Origin: Paragordius varius
Lineage: Eukaryota > Animalia > Nematomorpha
Length of the DNA: 64,000 nucleotides
Direction: 5' to 3'
Assembly (NCBI GenBank): GCA_964247055.1
Contig: OZ176050.1
Coordinates: 7,006,001 to 7,070,000 of the forward strand
This document shows, in pieces, positions 1 through 14,200 of the stretch (its first letter is position 1; each line of letters starts with the position of its first letter). A program made the translations under genes and the position numbers. The notes beneath the pieces are model-generated. The model had not been told where the DNA came from and ran no database searches. It worked only from the letters and a program-made list of their open reading frames with translations.

Positions 1-190
1 TGTGTTTTGGGGCTAATATAATTCATTATTAGAAATAAATATTTATGGCTAAGTTTATTATTTTTCAGTATTAAAAACAAACAATTATAAAATATATTAA
101 AAAATTTAGGTAATTTAATCTTAAAAAGCACATAATTTATGTTAGGGTGAATTTGAATTATTCAAGGGTGAATTTGAAGTGTAAATGGTA
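1..190. mobile_element. MITE family A, partial copy (right arm and interior); probably lies in a peroxidase intron
   Basis: Ends ...gggtgaatttgaagtgtaaatggta followed by TA. Interior gggctaatataattcattatt matches the copies at 8757-9077 and 37671-37948. Confidence 0.8.
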
Positions 191-584
191 TAGATAACGC
201 ACAACTAATAACAACGGATTCATATACTTAAATGTAATAAAAACTGGTTTATATCTACATCTTTTTATAATGCGGTAGGCTTTGATTTTAAAACTATTAT
301 ATACATTTATATTATAAATTAAAAGTTAATCAATAAGTTAAAGATGTAATCGGTAATGTTGCCTTTTAATTTTAATAACCAGCCAAACTCTAAGCCTTAT
401 CATTACATGAATTTTTTATTTGGGACCGTTAACGTATGAAATCTTTTTAAAGGTTTTACACATTCCGATTGGCATTAAAAATTGGTATGTTCATAAATAT
501 ATATAATATTTAAATTAATAGTAGTTCGATAAGTTTTGGTATTTTGTATAGATTAGAATTTATATAACATAGATTTAAACCGAT

Positions 585-3500
585 AGGTAGCCGAATAATG
601 TCATTAAGTTTAGTGCTAATCAATATATTTAGCAAGTTTTCTAGATTATTGCTACTTCTTTCGGATTGAGATAAATAGTTGAAGAATTTTCCATTTTTTT
701 CTTCATCAGATCTAATGTTATAATTTGGGGTCCTATGAAAATAAATTTTTTTTTATTAAAAACACTATTAAAAACGTCTTATCTTTCAAAAAAATTAGGA
801 TGATTTGGCTTTCCATAAATAAACAATGAAAACAAATGATAAAAACAAGTTAAATCAAATCATCTATCTCGGATTTTTCAGTAGTTCAACCCCATTTATT
901 AATTAAAAAAGGTTTATATCTAAATTAGTTACCGCAACCCCTGAGAAATTATATCAAACATGGTCGTATTTGACAACAGTAAATTAAAAATTTTAAGGGC
1001 ATTGACAGAAAATTCATTTCGGATCCCAGCATCGCATGAATCCACGTAATTATTCGCTGCAAAATCAATGTTGGATGTGAATGTATTAAGATTATATTTA
1101 TCGATTGCCTCTAATCCCAAAAGCTTGGGCAAAAATTCGCTATATGTTATGTGTTGAATCATAGCTCCAATAATTTTACGAGTCTCCTGCATAATGTAAT
1201 GTAAAAATTATTATTATAATACAGATAAAACTTAAAAACTAAAAGACGAAAATTTTGCTTAAAAAAGGCAACCATACTTTTCGAAACACCTTGGATTACA
1301 ACTGTAAAATATATAATTCAGTATATTTACCAATCATCTCTAATCCTTGTTTAGCGACCCAAAACGATAGGTCATATTAAAAAATCAAAGTTGACAGATA
1401 TGGTTTTTTTTCATATGGATGTCCTTTAATTTTAATGCTTTGTCTGTATAACTTCATTTTTACGATAAAAATCAGTATTACTCTAAAAAGTTTCAAAAAA
1501 ACAAAAACTAAAATGTTAAAAGATTGTTAGTGATTAACTTGAAATATTTGTTCGTCCCTCCATTTTGGGTTATATTTACTCAATCGATCAGCGATCCGAT
1601 TGTGTTCATTGATGAATAATTGATACATGGAAGCCATAATTGGTTCCATTCCTCTTGGATCCCCTTTAGTAATATTAGATTTAATATAACTCAGGTATTT
1701 ATTTAGCACTTTAATTTTGATTTAAATATATATTTTTTTGAATTTATTATGTTAAGTATAAATATATTAAAAGAATTTATCAAATAATTAAAAAAAATAG
1801 AGTTACTTGTAGACACAATTTTATCAATTATACCTGTAATAAAACAATTGACATCCAAAACGCTTACGCATTGCGTATTCTGAACATTTACAGTCTCTAA
1901 CAGTGATGATGACATGGAAAATGATGGTGAAGAAGCATCATGCTTGAAAGGAACATCGTTAAATTTAATCAATCCTGACATAATGAAAAAATAAATATTT
2001 TAAAGGGAATAATTTCCTATGTACACGTAAAAATTTCAATTAAATATTGCTGCTTTTATGTTCAGATAATACAGTGATATTATAAAACACAACAAAAATT
2101 TGTTTAGCGAAATCATTGATGTAGATAAAATTTACATATTTTTGAAAGGCCGGTTTTTGGTATGTTTATATATAATTATTTTAGTTTACAAAAAAAAGTT
2201 AGTTGGCTTGGCTTATAGTTATAATATTGTATTGCACAAAAAACTCAAAAAAATCCATTGATAAAAATCGAGCTAGTCAAATATAAGTCAGGCAAAAAGA
2301 CATTCTACTGTTTATATCCTTATATCTCATTTCTATAAGATACGTATTAATTTAATATTCCTCAATTTAAATAGGCAAATTTTAAACCTTTTCGATATTG
2401 TCGCAAGTATTTTGCTACACAATTATTTGATCCATAAAGCATCGATCCATCAATGTAGGAAGTTTGTTCATTCAATTGTTCACGTGGTCCTTACAAATCA
2501 TAAATAAATGAATAAGTATATTTTATTAAAAATGCTATAATTTTAATTATAAATTTACCAAATTTAATGTTTGCAGCCAATGATCTCACAAACGGTTCGC
2601 AAATTCCATCTGATAGGAAAAATTCATCATTATCGATTTCCGTGCTCCGATATGCAAGCAAATGTCTAGAACCATAAGTTAATTTAGACCGTGGGGAACC
2701 AGATTGAATTAAAATGGGTAAACAGTTATGACTTATGGTGTCAGCACTGTAACAATTTGAACAATTTAGGGCAGAATTTTGAAATCCTATATCAATTCAC
2801 ATCATGTTTTTAAACATATATTTATTTAGACAAATTGATATCACTGGATGACTATTTAAACCTCGAGATTCAGGTACACGGTTAATATCGTGATCAATGA
2901 ATTGGGACCAAATAACTAGGGCCATACTGTAATTTGAGAGAATAAGTTGAGGGAAGTATTTATTCACATGATAGCTAATGTTTGCTGCAGATGGTAAGAG
3001 ATTGTTTCCTAAACCAGCAATACGGGGTGCGTTCACCTCTATAAGATTTAGATTTTAATCATAATTTATGTATAACAATAGAGGTTTAATTATAATATAA
3101 ATAAGGAGTTGTTTTTAAGGCCCTTGATGGATAAACATTGTCAGAAAGTATAAGTTTTTTACCGGGAATAAAAACCGGTGTGACCGCCTTTAATTTTGTT
3201 TATTCATGTTCATTACACCAGTCATTTTATTTTACAAATTTATTCGTTTTAAATTATAAAAAACAAATTTAACCGAAATTGCTTTTTATTCTGTTTTTAA
3301 AATGTGTGCAAGGTTAGGTAAAGCAAATGGTCGGAAAAAGCTTCAATGGTTCAATCGCATTTTAAAATCATAAACTCCTGGTGACTTATCATCCGACCAA
3401 TTTTAAAAACCATCCAAGTTCGACCCCGACCAAAATCAATTCATTCATATAAAATGTTAAATATTTTCCAGTTTTTTTACATAAAATTAAATTTTTTAAT

Positions 3501-6500
3501 ATCGTTTTTTTTTTCAAATCAGTCGTCACAGTCATCGGTAACTATGTATACAATACCGTTTAAACCCAACCCTAAAATGCATGTAAAGTTTAATTGGTGA
3601 TCATTTAAAACCGATGTTTAATCATTAAACTTAAGTAGAGTGTTTTTTCTTTATGAGGGATGGAAACTGCTGATAAACAATTCACCATCTACCTGTCCCC
3701 TTGCTATTTTCTGTGGTGATCAGATGATAATTATAAGCAAAATAATTTTAGAAATGGATAGAATACGAAAAAATCAAAAGCAAAAATCAAAAACATTTGG
3801 TGGATATTCGGTAAATAAATACACTATCAATTGGGATATAATTTTAATTTTATCGATTCAAAAAAAGCTGTAATAAAAAAGCCGCTTAGATTAACTTTTG
3901 CCAATCTAATTAACAATTAGCCAGCCTGATTAATATTTTTAATTTAATAAATTTGATAAATTTGCAAAACATGTATAGTATGCTGAAAAACTGAATTTTA
4001 TTTTTTATTTCAAAAAAAATATAAATTTATTTAAAAAAATTCTTACTGTCATGATAGGCTGGCGGTAAAAACCGACCTAGGGATGTCATGGCCGATCCAA
4101 AGACCGGATTCCTTAAATTATTGCAAAATCCATCAATTCTTCGGTATTTGCTAAGGATGTCACATTCTATGTTGGGTGAAAGGCCACATTTATCCAACTT
4201 AGGAAAAATGAGAAATTTCGGAACTGGTATAATTTTGATTAATTCAAGATCTGGATCTTGTAGATTAAATCTGTGAAATTACATCCAATATAAATATAGG
4301 GGAGAAAAACGTTTTGAATAATCCATTTAAGTACAACTAGAAAACTGTGCAAAATTATGGATTAATGCAGTGTTACTCACCAAAAACCTCAAAGGGTCGC
4401 AAAAATATTTATCTTGTCTCAAGGGCCGAGCACCATATAACACTGATAAAAATTTCATAGCTGTTTGACGCATATTCAGAGATTTACACCCAAAATAAGC
4501 TTATCAAAATATTTAATAAATAATTAAGGGCCATAAAAAGGACTTTTAGGGGCGCATGAGGCCCGTGGGTCCCAATATAAGCACCACTGGATTAATGGGT
4601 AAATTATTTGGTTTGATTTTTCATAAATTAGAACGATAACACTAAATATTTCTTCTGGTTAAACAGTGGAAAACAATATAAATATAATACTATAAAACTG
4701 TGTATTAAAATATTATTACTGGACTCACATCATGCCATTTGTAATCTTCAATTAAATATAATAAACTGATTGTAACTAATATAGATAACTTAACTTGCTT
4801 AATTATAGATTAAAATTGGATTCGAAATTTGATGTGATATAACGATTACACTGATATTTTTCCCCTAAAGATGGTGAAAATTAATGAAAATATAATTAAC
4901 AAATTTACAAACTTTTCCGTCATTAAACCGGTCGTATTGATGAGAACATTTGCTATTTGAGCCAATTCCGCACTTTCTGGTCTTATGTGAATATCCTTTA
5001 TAGCGGGATTGACTGCTAGAAAATTGAGTTTTTTCGACCCTTTCTCTAATTCCATATACACATTGTTACACATTTAAACAGCATACTAAATTTATTACAA
5101 AACATGCCACATGAGCATAGTAAAAAAGCATGATTATAAATGTTAAAACACACTAATAATTTCATATCGATTAATATTTGGCAATTTATTTCCTAATAAA
5201 AGTTTGGAGAACTAAGTAAGCCGACGCATAAAACATTTTTTAGTAGTGCGTGGTAAACATGGACTTTACGATTTGATTTAAGCCCATTAAATATTTACTT
5301 TAAATATTAGGCCGATTGACAACTTGGTTTCGGTTTCATAAGCATTTTTAAATCATACTACATAAAAATTACATAAGAAAGATAAAGGTTCTGAATTAAA
5401 GTTAAAAATAATAAAAATAAATTTACTGTTATTGCTATGATATGCTCTTTCCTCCAGCTGGGATTCAAGATGAGCATTATTGGCTCCTAATTGGGTGAAA
5501 TACAGAATTTTATTTTCATCCAATTTACGATCTGTGTACTTTTGCAAATCATTGAATTGACCTTTAACAATTAATTTTAAATGTTAAAACGTTAAATTTG
5601 TAGTAATATATTTTATATAAATCAATATTGTGACATATATATTCGAAATAATTTACTCTGTTCGCGCCATTTAGTGATATTTATTGTAGGTAATAATTGG
5701 CAATCAATCGGATAATTTCTGATTACAATAACATAATTATTGTATAAATATGGAATCAAATAAGTAATTTATGAAATATTTTTATATTTTAAAACATATG
5801 AATAAATATGTTATTGCTAAAATCACAAAAAAATGATAAAAATCCCATGAATTGTATGCATACAAGTTATAATCCGCAATGGTAAAAACATCGGGTTGAA
5901 TGCGCCTCTCTGTTCCCTCTAACGTTCCGCACAAAATATTTGACAACCGTATTTTCTTGATCTCGTTAATTTGTTCTGCATAAACATCAATATAAATTAT
6001 CATCAATTCACAGAAGTTTACAAATCATAAAAAGTATTTTAAAATAATTCAAAATAACCCAATGTAAATCGGTTTGGTTCGACATTAGATTCAAACCAAA
6101 AACGATCACCCCGCTTTAATCGCATAAATTGATGTCCAATAATGCATGAGGCTGTAGGTCCAATCATTTTAAAATCTTTGCTTTTCTGGCCATCTTCTGG
6201 CGTGGCATCAGAACTTGTTTCAAGAAGTAACCCAATAAATAAATCCACATCCTCTGGCCGACTAAAAACAGTAAACAAAGTATTTAATTTGCAAATCAGG
6301 TTTAAAATTAAGAGACAAATAAACAGTAGCGGTTGTATGGTATTAATTAAATAAATTACAAAATTTGTAATTTTGATTTTTTAACATGCAATAAATTCAA
6401 TGTAGTTTTGATATGCTATAGTTTACTTTGATAGAGTTCGCAGCCAAATATGCTTTATCTTTAAAAAGTTTTTTTAATTTGATTTGATATGCCATTTCTT

Positions 6501-9500
6501 TATATTGACATCTTATAGGAAAAGGAAATCACCAAAATTTTTCAAATGGGCGAAAATAACCCCGAAATTTACTAAATAATCCAAGGCCATAAAAGAGTAC
6601 TTTTAGGGCCGCGGTTCGAGTACAACTGCCTTATAGACTTTTTACCCGCATTATGACCTTTATTTTAGATAAAAATACTCATTAAAAATATTTAATGTTG
6701 TCTTGATTTGTTTCAAATTTATTATGAGCTAAAAAATTTACCGGCTCAAACGAGGAATTCTTTAATATCAAAAAAATTGATAATAATCAACCTAGTTTAT
6801 AGAATTAACTGGAAAGCCAATTATGGGTGTCCACTATTGTGTATTAAAGGAATGTCTTATTATCTGTAGATAAACGCATATATATATTGCGTTACATATT
6901 ATCCATTTTACCATAATTTTTTTTGAAAGAACATCCCTAATATAAAAATATGTTCAATCTATGATAGCATTTCATCTGTAAGAATTAGAATAAAGAACAT
7001 ATTTTTCTACAGCATTCATTAGGTATTTTGAAATCATGAGCTTTTATCCAATTTTACATAAAAAAAACAAATTACTTATATAGCGTTTTTAAGGCATTCG
7101 TTATGGATTCCCCAAACAAAGGGCTAAATTGATCCATATGCAATATTTGTTCAGAGGATAATTTACAAAATTTTCTCCAAGCCACGTACCCAGGTATACC
7201 GTGATCCCGTCCTTTGTAAACGAAATAGCTTATTATGTCAAGAGATAACGGTATATAATGCTCTGATTCATGGTTTGTGGTTTTTTCCGCTTCAGAAAAT
7301 GACTATTATTAAATAAATCAAAATAAACTCATTAACCCGTTAAAATGATAAATATATATACTTTTATGAAAACATAATAAAAAAACATGTTTGTAAATTT
7401 AGGATTAATTCACAAAATAAATTCTATGAAATTATTTTAGTAATGTGGTAAAGAGATATAATTAGACGAATGACGTACTGCATTAAACAGGTTCTCAAAA
7501 TATTTCGAGGATAAAGGAAATCCGAAATTATGTTTTCCGGTATTAATTTCACGCTTAAACTTCATATTAGCAGCAGTCCCTTTGAGATACATGGTTGGTT
7601 CAACTACTTTTTGGGCCAGTTTTGATTCAAAAACATTTTTAGCATTATTTTTACCATCATTATTAATTTTGTTTTTCCTAATGACATAATTTAGTTGTTT
7701 ATCACCACTCGTTTCCTCTATAATTACAGTTTTTTGGCCCTTCTCCAGATCGAAAATGGTAGAGGTGTCATGATTACTCAACTCCCCCAGCGATGTAATA
7801 TTAAAGAGATTGTGAGACCAAAGATAAGCGTACGCAACTAATGTAACCGCTATCACATTCGATGCACTTGCATCCATTTCCAAATCATACTCTACGCAAA
7901 TGTCACATAAAATTTATACAGTTTAATTATATATATATTTATATATATATAAGACTCATTCATAAGCGGAGTTTCGTTCTTTTAACTTTCATTGCATGGA
8001 TTAAAATAAAGAGTTTTAAGTCGTAATTTTAAATGTATTATATTTAAGGGAGAAAAGATATATTAGCTGTTTAACATCTACCAGTGTCGACATGCATATT
8101 AAAATTGAACAAAATCCTATGTGAAGTCGTCTATACCAGTCTTTAGCTAAATTTTGTCTTTTTAACAAAAGTTGTTTTGTCGCTTAATTGTGATACTATA
8201 CACAATTGAATATATTAAAATAACTACAGTTAAAATTATACTGGACAAAACGTGAAAAGTAAAGGCAAATATATTTTAAGATAATCATAATTTTAATACC
8301 TTCATTTTTCCTACATCAATTATATAATTACTCTGTTTTAATTATATAATTGACTGGTACTAACTTAGGTCTCTATTTATTTTGCAACCCAAAACGAACG
8401 ATAAGTTACATGTAAATAATCAAGGTTAAAAAGTATGGTTGTCTTTTTAATGTTTGCCTTTGGTTTTTACGTTTTGTCCGTATTAATTCCAATTTTTACT
8501 GTAAATAGCAAGAAGAATCATATAATACCCTCAAAATATGCATTATTGTGCATAATATGTAGCCCATATTCATCCAAAACTTTAGGTTCCAGTATAAGGG
8601 GCAAAAATTCTTTGTATGTTATATACTGTATTATTGCACCTATAATACCACATATATTTAAAAATAATTTTTTAATAAAAGTAAATTTCTGACTAATTTT
8701 ATACTAACTGGAATGTAAAATGAGAATAAGTAGCCATTTCAACAAAATACGATATATACCATTTACAATTCAAATTCACCCTTGAACAATAATTCACCCA
8801 AAAAATTCAAATTCACCCTAAAAATAAATTATATATTTTCGGGCTAATATAACTCATCATTAATAACAAATATATTCTTATGGCATAAATTATTATTTTT
8901 TCAGTATTATGTTAATTTTTTGAAATTTTATTTTTGAAAATATAGAAAAATAAAGGCAATTTTTAATTTTAAAAAACACATAATTTTTTAGGATGAATTT
9001 GAACTGTTCGTGGGTGAATTTTAATTGTTCAAGGGTAAATTTGAATTGTTCAAGGGTGATTTGAATTGTAAATGGTATATTCTATATTATAAAATGATAG
9101 CAATAAAAATAATTGAAAATATACCCATGATTCTACGAGTTTCTTGGAATAATCTTTCATCATCCCAATACAAATTAACTTGTCCCAGCTCGGTTGCAAT
9201 AGTATTGTGGTATTTAACGAATGCGGTATATAGATAGGATAATAGTATATTTTCATTTATTTTGGCATCTATTACATAATAAAAATAAATATTATTAAAC
9301 TATATTTTTGTAAAATGACATTCGAGCGATTTATGAAAATATTTTAATTGTATATCGGGTCAAATTACTGTTATATCAAATTAATCACATTATAAATTGT
9401 TTTAAGGATACCTGGATTGATACAACCAGTAGCATATTTTTCCACTGCGCATCTGTATGAGAAATTGGAGAGCGGAAGCCATTTGTTTACCGCCATTTTT

Positions 9501-12500
9501 ATTGAGAGTAAGTTTTCCGTAGAACTTTTCAATTTACCTATAATGCCGTTATAAAAGATTATTATATGCCAACTCTTAAGTTCTTAGGGAAACACAATCA
9601 TTTCTTAAGGGTAAATTCATTAAATGTGGTCTTTCCTAATTTTTTTAGTACACTCCTTACACCAACCCTAAAATATTAGGAATGTATTTTATGGAAAAAT
9701 TAAAATAAACTAAAAAAAGTCTCTGTTTTTTATCTCCCTATTCCTCTGTGCAATATTTATCGTAATGCTCGCCCGCTTTAGATTTTAAGTTTTTAAATTT
9801 TTTGCTAATTACTTTCACAATTCTAGTATCACAGCAAAATGGATAATATGATTAACAAACAATATGCATGGGGTTCATAATATGACAAACAAAACATTTC
9901 ATTTATAAACAAAACGCCGCATACCATTTTCAAAAGTTCGTAGTTGGTTGGATTTATCCTCAGTACTGCCGTATATCATGCTACCATCCAAATAAGCTGA
10001 AGCCATGGTTATTTGCTGACGCATCCCTAAAATGATTATAATTTTCTAAAAAAATGAAATAACTTAAATATAATGGAGAAACCTTAAAAAATTAGCAAAT
10101 TTTTTGATAGTTTATTTAAATAAAAATAAATACCTAATTTACAACCAGGTACTATGCCAGGAAAAGATCTAAAACCCTGTCTACATTTTAAACTCAACAG
10201 AGGGTTATATGGTAATTTAAAACTATCCCAGTGACCTTCCGCACATGCTGAAAATATATTAAAAATAAAAAATATTAAAATCATATTTTTATTATTGAGA
10301 TAGAATCGTTATTTTTTATAATTAAAATTTATCAGTTTAAAATTTCTTAAAAAAGCCGCAAAAGGCCCAATTTTTCAAACAAGTAAATATAATTGTTAAC
10401 AAAAATTCAAATACTTGTGTCAAAAGGAATGATTAAGATATCATCTAAAACAAAATGGAGAAAATAAAATGTCATTGCAGTTAATTTGTGGTTCGTTGGT
10501 TGAATTTTTTCTGGAAACAAATTAGCAACAACCATATCTGACGGTGGCAATGGGGTATCGGATTTTATACTATTCTTTAAGCCGTCAACATCTGAAATTA
10601 CATATAATATATTTTAAAGCTTAACATTTTAACACATTTATTCTGATCAACAGTTTTTCCAATATTGAGCAAAACTAATTACAAAAATTAACTCATATAA
10701 GCCATTTATATTTTTTTAAAAAAAAGTTTGGTCAAACATACTATTCGAGTAAATGGGCCTAATTTCTCTTCTCATGGGTAAAAAAGCACCACCGCGGTGC
10801 GGAAAAAGAGCATTATTACAGAAACCAGTGTAAGATCTATATTTTTCAGGTTGACATGCATCCTCTAACCTTGGGTACGGGCAAATGCGTGTGAGTGATT
10901 TGCTTAAATCTATTTCCCCCAATCTTTCCACAAATCCTATTTCTTGCTTAGGGCGAAAGCTATTATGTGAAAAGAAATTTATATCACATTTTGGATCAAA
11001 CAAATAGTTTTACAATAGACATATATTAATGTATTGAACTAACTTTAGTATCAAAGATTTGGTTGTTTTTAGCAATAATTCGGAGAGTTCTGTAATGTAT
11101 GTTAATTTGTCATCGGAGAAGTATTTAAATGGATAGAAATCAAATTCCTCTTTAGCTACAATATAGATAATATAATTGAGACATAATATTGGCAACCTAT
11201 GTAAACTGTTATAATTAAGAATTATAAAATACACACAATGATTCGACTTGAAAGTCAAATTACTCCGCGAAATTTACAAATCTTGCAAACAATATATGTT
11301 TTACATGGTGTTTAAAGCTTTTTAGCTTATGAAATTGTCAATATCCTTATATTCATACAAAAATATATAAATTAACTTTTATTTATTTTAGAAAAGGTTA
11401 TTAAACGGAATAAATCAAAATAATATTTTTTTCATATTCTTTTCTTTTTTGAACGCCTCATTTTTCTTACCCAAACAAACCGCGTCTTGTCACTAAATTT
11501 CTGCAACATAAAGGAATATTTTAAAGCATATACATCATATGTGAATGTTAAATTATAGCCAAATATTTAAAAACATTTTCGCTTATTTCCATAATGCTAA
11601 AAATAGAAAAAAATCATTTGCATATTCCGTAAATGTTTTTTCAAAAAATAATTAAATTATGTATTATTTTAGCATTTATTTTGATTCATTGACCGGAAAC
11701 TATTTAACGAATTATCTGGGTAGATATTTTTAGCGCCCGCATAAAAATAAAAACAAAACAAGCATTGTTTAACTTTAAATATAGGTTAATATTTAATAAT
11801 TACATTTGGTTTAAAACTCAATATGTTCTCAAAAATGTATGCCCGTTTTTTTTTATGGGAACATAGACATAACTTACTTATTAATACTTAAATATAGTAT
11901 GAGAATCTCGATAACTTCTTAATTAGTTTAAAAAAGCTTTATAACATCAAACTTGAATGTTATAAACTAATATTTGTAAACATACAAAAGACGATTAAAA
12001 TCATATTTAAAATAAATACATTGTTTAGAATAAAGGTACGGATTAAATGATGAATGCGCCAAAATTTCCTGTAAGATTGTATTAACTGCCATCATTGTTA
12101 CTTCTTTTGAAAGGGGTGGTAAAGTCGATATTTCGGTTGCTGGTATCTGATGAATTATACTCATAGGTGTGGCTATGTAGTAGGATGATGGAGGTTCCGT
12201 CCGATCACCCAATCTTTCTAGCAATGTTAACTCAGATAAATTAAATAAGAAATTTGAGTTGACGATTTTGGATCGTTGATATTTGGGAGAGTAGTTACCA
12301 TCTGATACAACATTATCAGTTAATGGTTCATTTGGCAAAGAAAATGCAAATTTCCGTGAAATATCAAGAACTTTAGGAGTTGTAATGCCTGTAATTGGTT
12401 TCCTTGCAAAGGTATGAGTTGAGGCATGTGCTAAAATACCTCCTAAATCATCATCATTTTTAAGCTGTTCTTGTTTCTTACCGTGTATAAATTTTTTATA

Positions 12501-13337
12501 CACAGAAAATGGATGGGGAGATTTGGCATCCATTTTAGTGTGAAAAGGAATCATATTTGCCATAGTTACGATTGGTATTTCATTTGTTGCTTGAATGTTA
12601 TTAACATCGTGTTCGGACATGGAGGGGATATCGATTGGCTTGAAAAAGGTTTGTAGAGAGTCTGAATATAATGGGACACCGACATTTTGGTAAGATTCCA
12701 AATTATTTTGTTGTTCATTTATATTTTTAATAGTGGATTCAGGAACCATGCCATTTTTAATTTCGGGGTTAGTATAATTTTCCAATATATAGATAGAAGA
12801 AGAAGTTGGTGTACCCTTTAAATTACTCATCACATTAGATTGTTTAGGAACCATATTATTTGGATAATTATTTTCATAAACTTTCGTGGTTGTTACTTTA
12901 GTTGCTAGATAATGAGGCGGCTCTTTATACGACTGACTACTTATTTTATTACCAAGTGTAACCGCGGGAGCCTTTGTCCCATGATTTATCATATTTTGAT
13001 ATTTTTGTTGCAGTTTTTGATGTCGTCGATTGTAGCGGTGAGAAGTCCAGGCAGGATTAGGGGCCGGATTCGAAACAATTTTTTTCTGCTCACCACCACC
13101 AATGCTTGTGTTTTCGCCATTTTTTTGATCGCCGGACATCATTTTGCTGTTTTTGTCCAGTGATTTATTATTGTTGTTACTAAGATTTTGTCGATATCTT
13201 TGAACGCTACTTTGTCCATTATGTGTGATACGTTTCAGGCCACGATGATGGTGGACAACTATTTGAATGGATTGATGGAATGTTAAAAAACAGATTATCA
13301 AACTTTTGACAAGGTTAATGAAAATGTCGAAATTCAT
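585..13337 (-). CDS. Secreted animal heme-peroxidase-family protein with two tandem peroxidase domains (DBLOX-like architecture), multi-exon; 3' end lies outside the window
   Basis: Hydrophobic signal-like N-terminus at 13337. Domain 1 exons: YRSYTGFCNN (about 10830), SAYLDGSMIYGS (about 9980), KYHNTIA..WDDERLFQETR (about 9160), QYITYKEFLP (about 8610), KGRDHGIPGY (about 7200), DVDLFIG..GPTASCIIGHQFMRLKRGDRFWFE (6090-6260). In-frame linker exons at 5680, 5540 and 5050. Domain 2 exons: KYRRIDGFCNNLRNP (about 4150), WSQFIDHD (about 2890), GPREQLNEQTSYIDGS (about 2470), GDPRGME..NEHNRIA (1560-1660), QHITYSEFLP..NEFS (985-1165). Confidence 0.92.
4525..4589 (-). mobile_element. hAT-like MITE terminus remnant; related fragments near 6580-6625 and 15754-15912
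   Basis: Minus strand reads CAGTGGTGCTTATATTGGGACCCACGGGCCTCATGCGCCCC, resembling hAT/Charlie MITE ends. The shared gggcc(a)taaaa.g..cttttagggc motif recurs at about 6585. Confidence 0.4.
8757..9077. mobile_element. MITE family A, complete copy in a peroxidase intron
   Basis: Terminal inverted repeats TACCATTTACAATTCAAA..CACCCTTGAACAAT and ATTGTTCAAGGGTG.TTTGAATTGTAAATGGTA, flanked by TA on both sides, with internal 21-bp subrepeats. Confidence 0.88.
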
Positions 13338-14034
13338 TTAGCATATAAAATATTATTAAAAATTAAATGACAAATCCAACAAACTTATTCATAAAATATA
13401 TTGATTGATTCAACACTTAAATATCGAAAAAAAAATTATTTAAAAATTTATTATTATAATTTTCACGCTTATTCCTATATTTATCATCGCATATTTAATT
13501 AGTTAAATTGTGATGATAAAAATGACAGCAAAGCAAAACAAAGGTGAGCATCATTGATTTACTAAAACTTTATGACACCTATATATTCAACCATTAGATT
13601 CAATCAAAAAATATTTGAAAGACGTTACTGATTTATTTTATATTTTTCAATCATCTCTACATAAAAAAATCATTTGAAAAGGTATTATTTCATTGTTTAT
13701 ATTGATATTTCTTTATGGCAAAATTTTGTCTTCAAATGACCAAATATGTAAATATTAGGTATTTAATTAATAAAATTTTGGAATCTTTATTTTATATATG
13801 GCATACATAAAGAAATAATGTGGTAAAAATTTGTCAAAATTAATTTGGAAGGTAGGTTGTGTTCCCATTTTTCCCTTTATCATAATTAGGTATTAAATCA
13901 AAATATTAATAAATGTAAATAGATGACTTTAAGATAATCCGGAATGTGTGTAGGCCGATTTAAATTAAAAACAAGGAAAATTATTTTCACTAAATGCAGC
14001 AACTATAGTGGGCCAGTCAACCCGGTTCCCACTC

Positions 14035-14200
14035 CATGCAAAATAGGGGTTTTTTACGAATGCACTATGGTCGGCCCAAACTTTTGAAGTACCCCTGTAT
14101 TTAGCTGCTTCCCCTGTAAAATGCATTTTTCGCAAAAATTTAAGTTCCCATGGCTCTACTCACTGGAAAAACACGTCAACACAAAAAAATACCAATTCTT
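14035..14200. repeat. Dispersed repeat family B; inverted partner at about 60540-60745
   Basis: Reverse complement gcgaaaaatgcattttacaggggaagcagctaaatacaggggtacttcaaaagtttgggccgac aligns with gcgcaaaaaatggcattttacagaggggcggctaaatataggtgctaaaaaggtgggccgac at about 60675-60735. Confidence 0.65.

Noticed and set aside
8757-9077. 21-bp tandem units as a CRISPR array
   Set aside because: No unique spacers and no cas genes. The units lie inside terminal inverted repeats of a eukaryotic MITE.
9269-9411. Second U12 intron (donor GTATCCTTAA) in the peroxidase
   Set aside because: No CCTTAAC-like branch site near the AG. More likely a U2 intron, possibly converted from U12.
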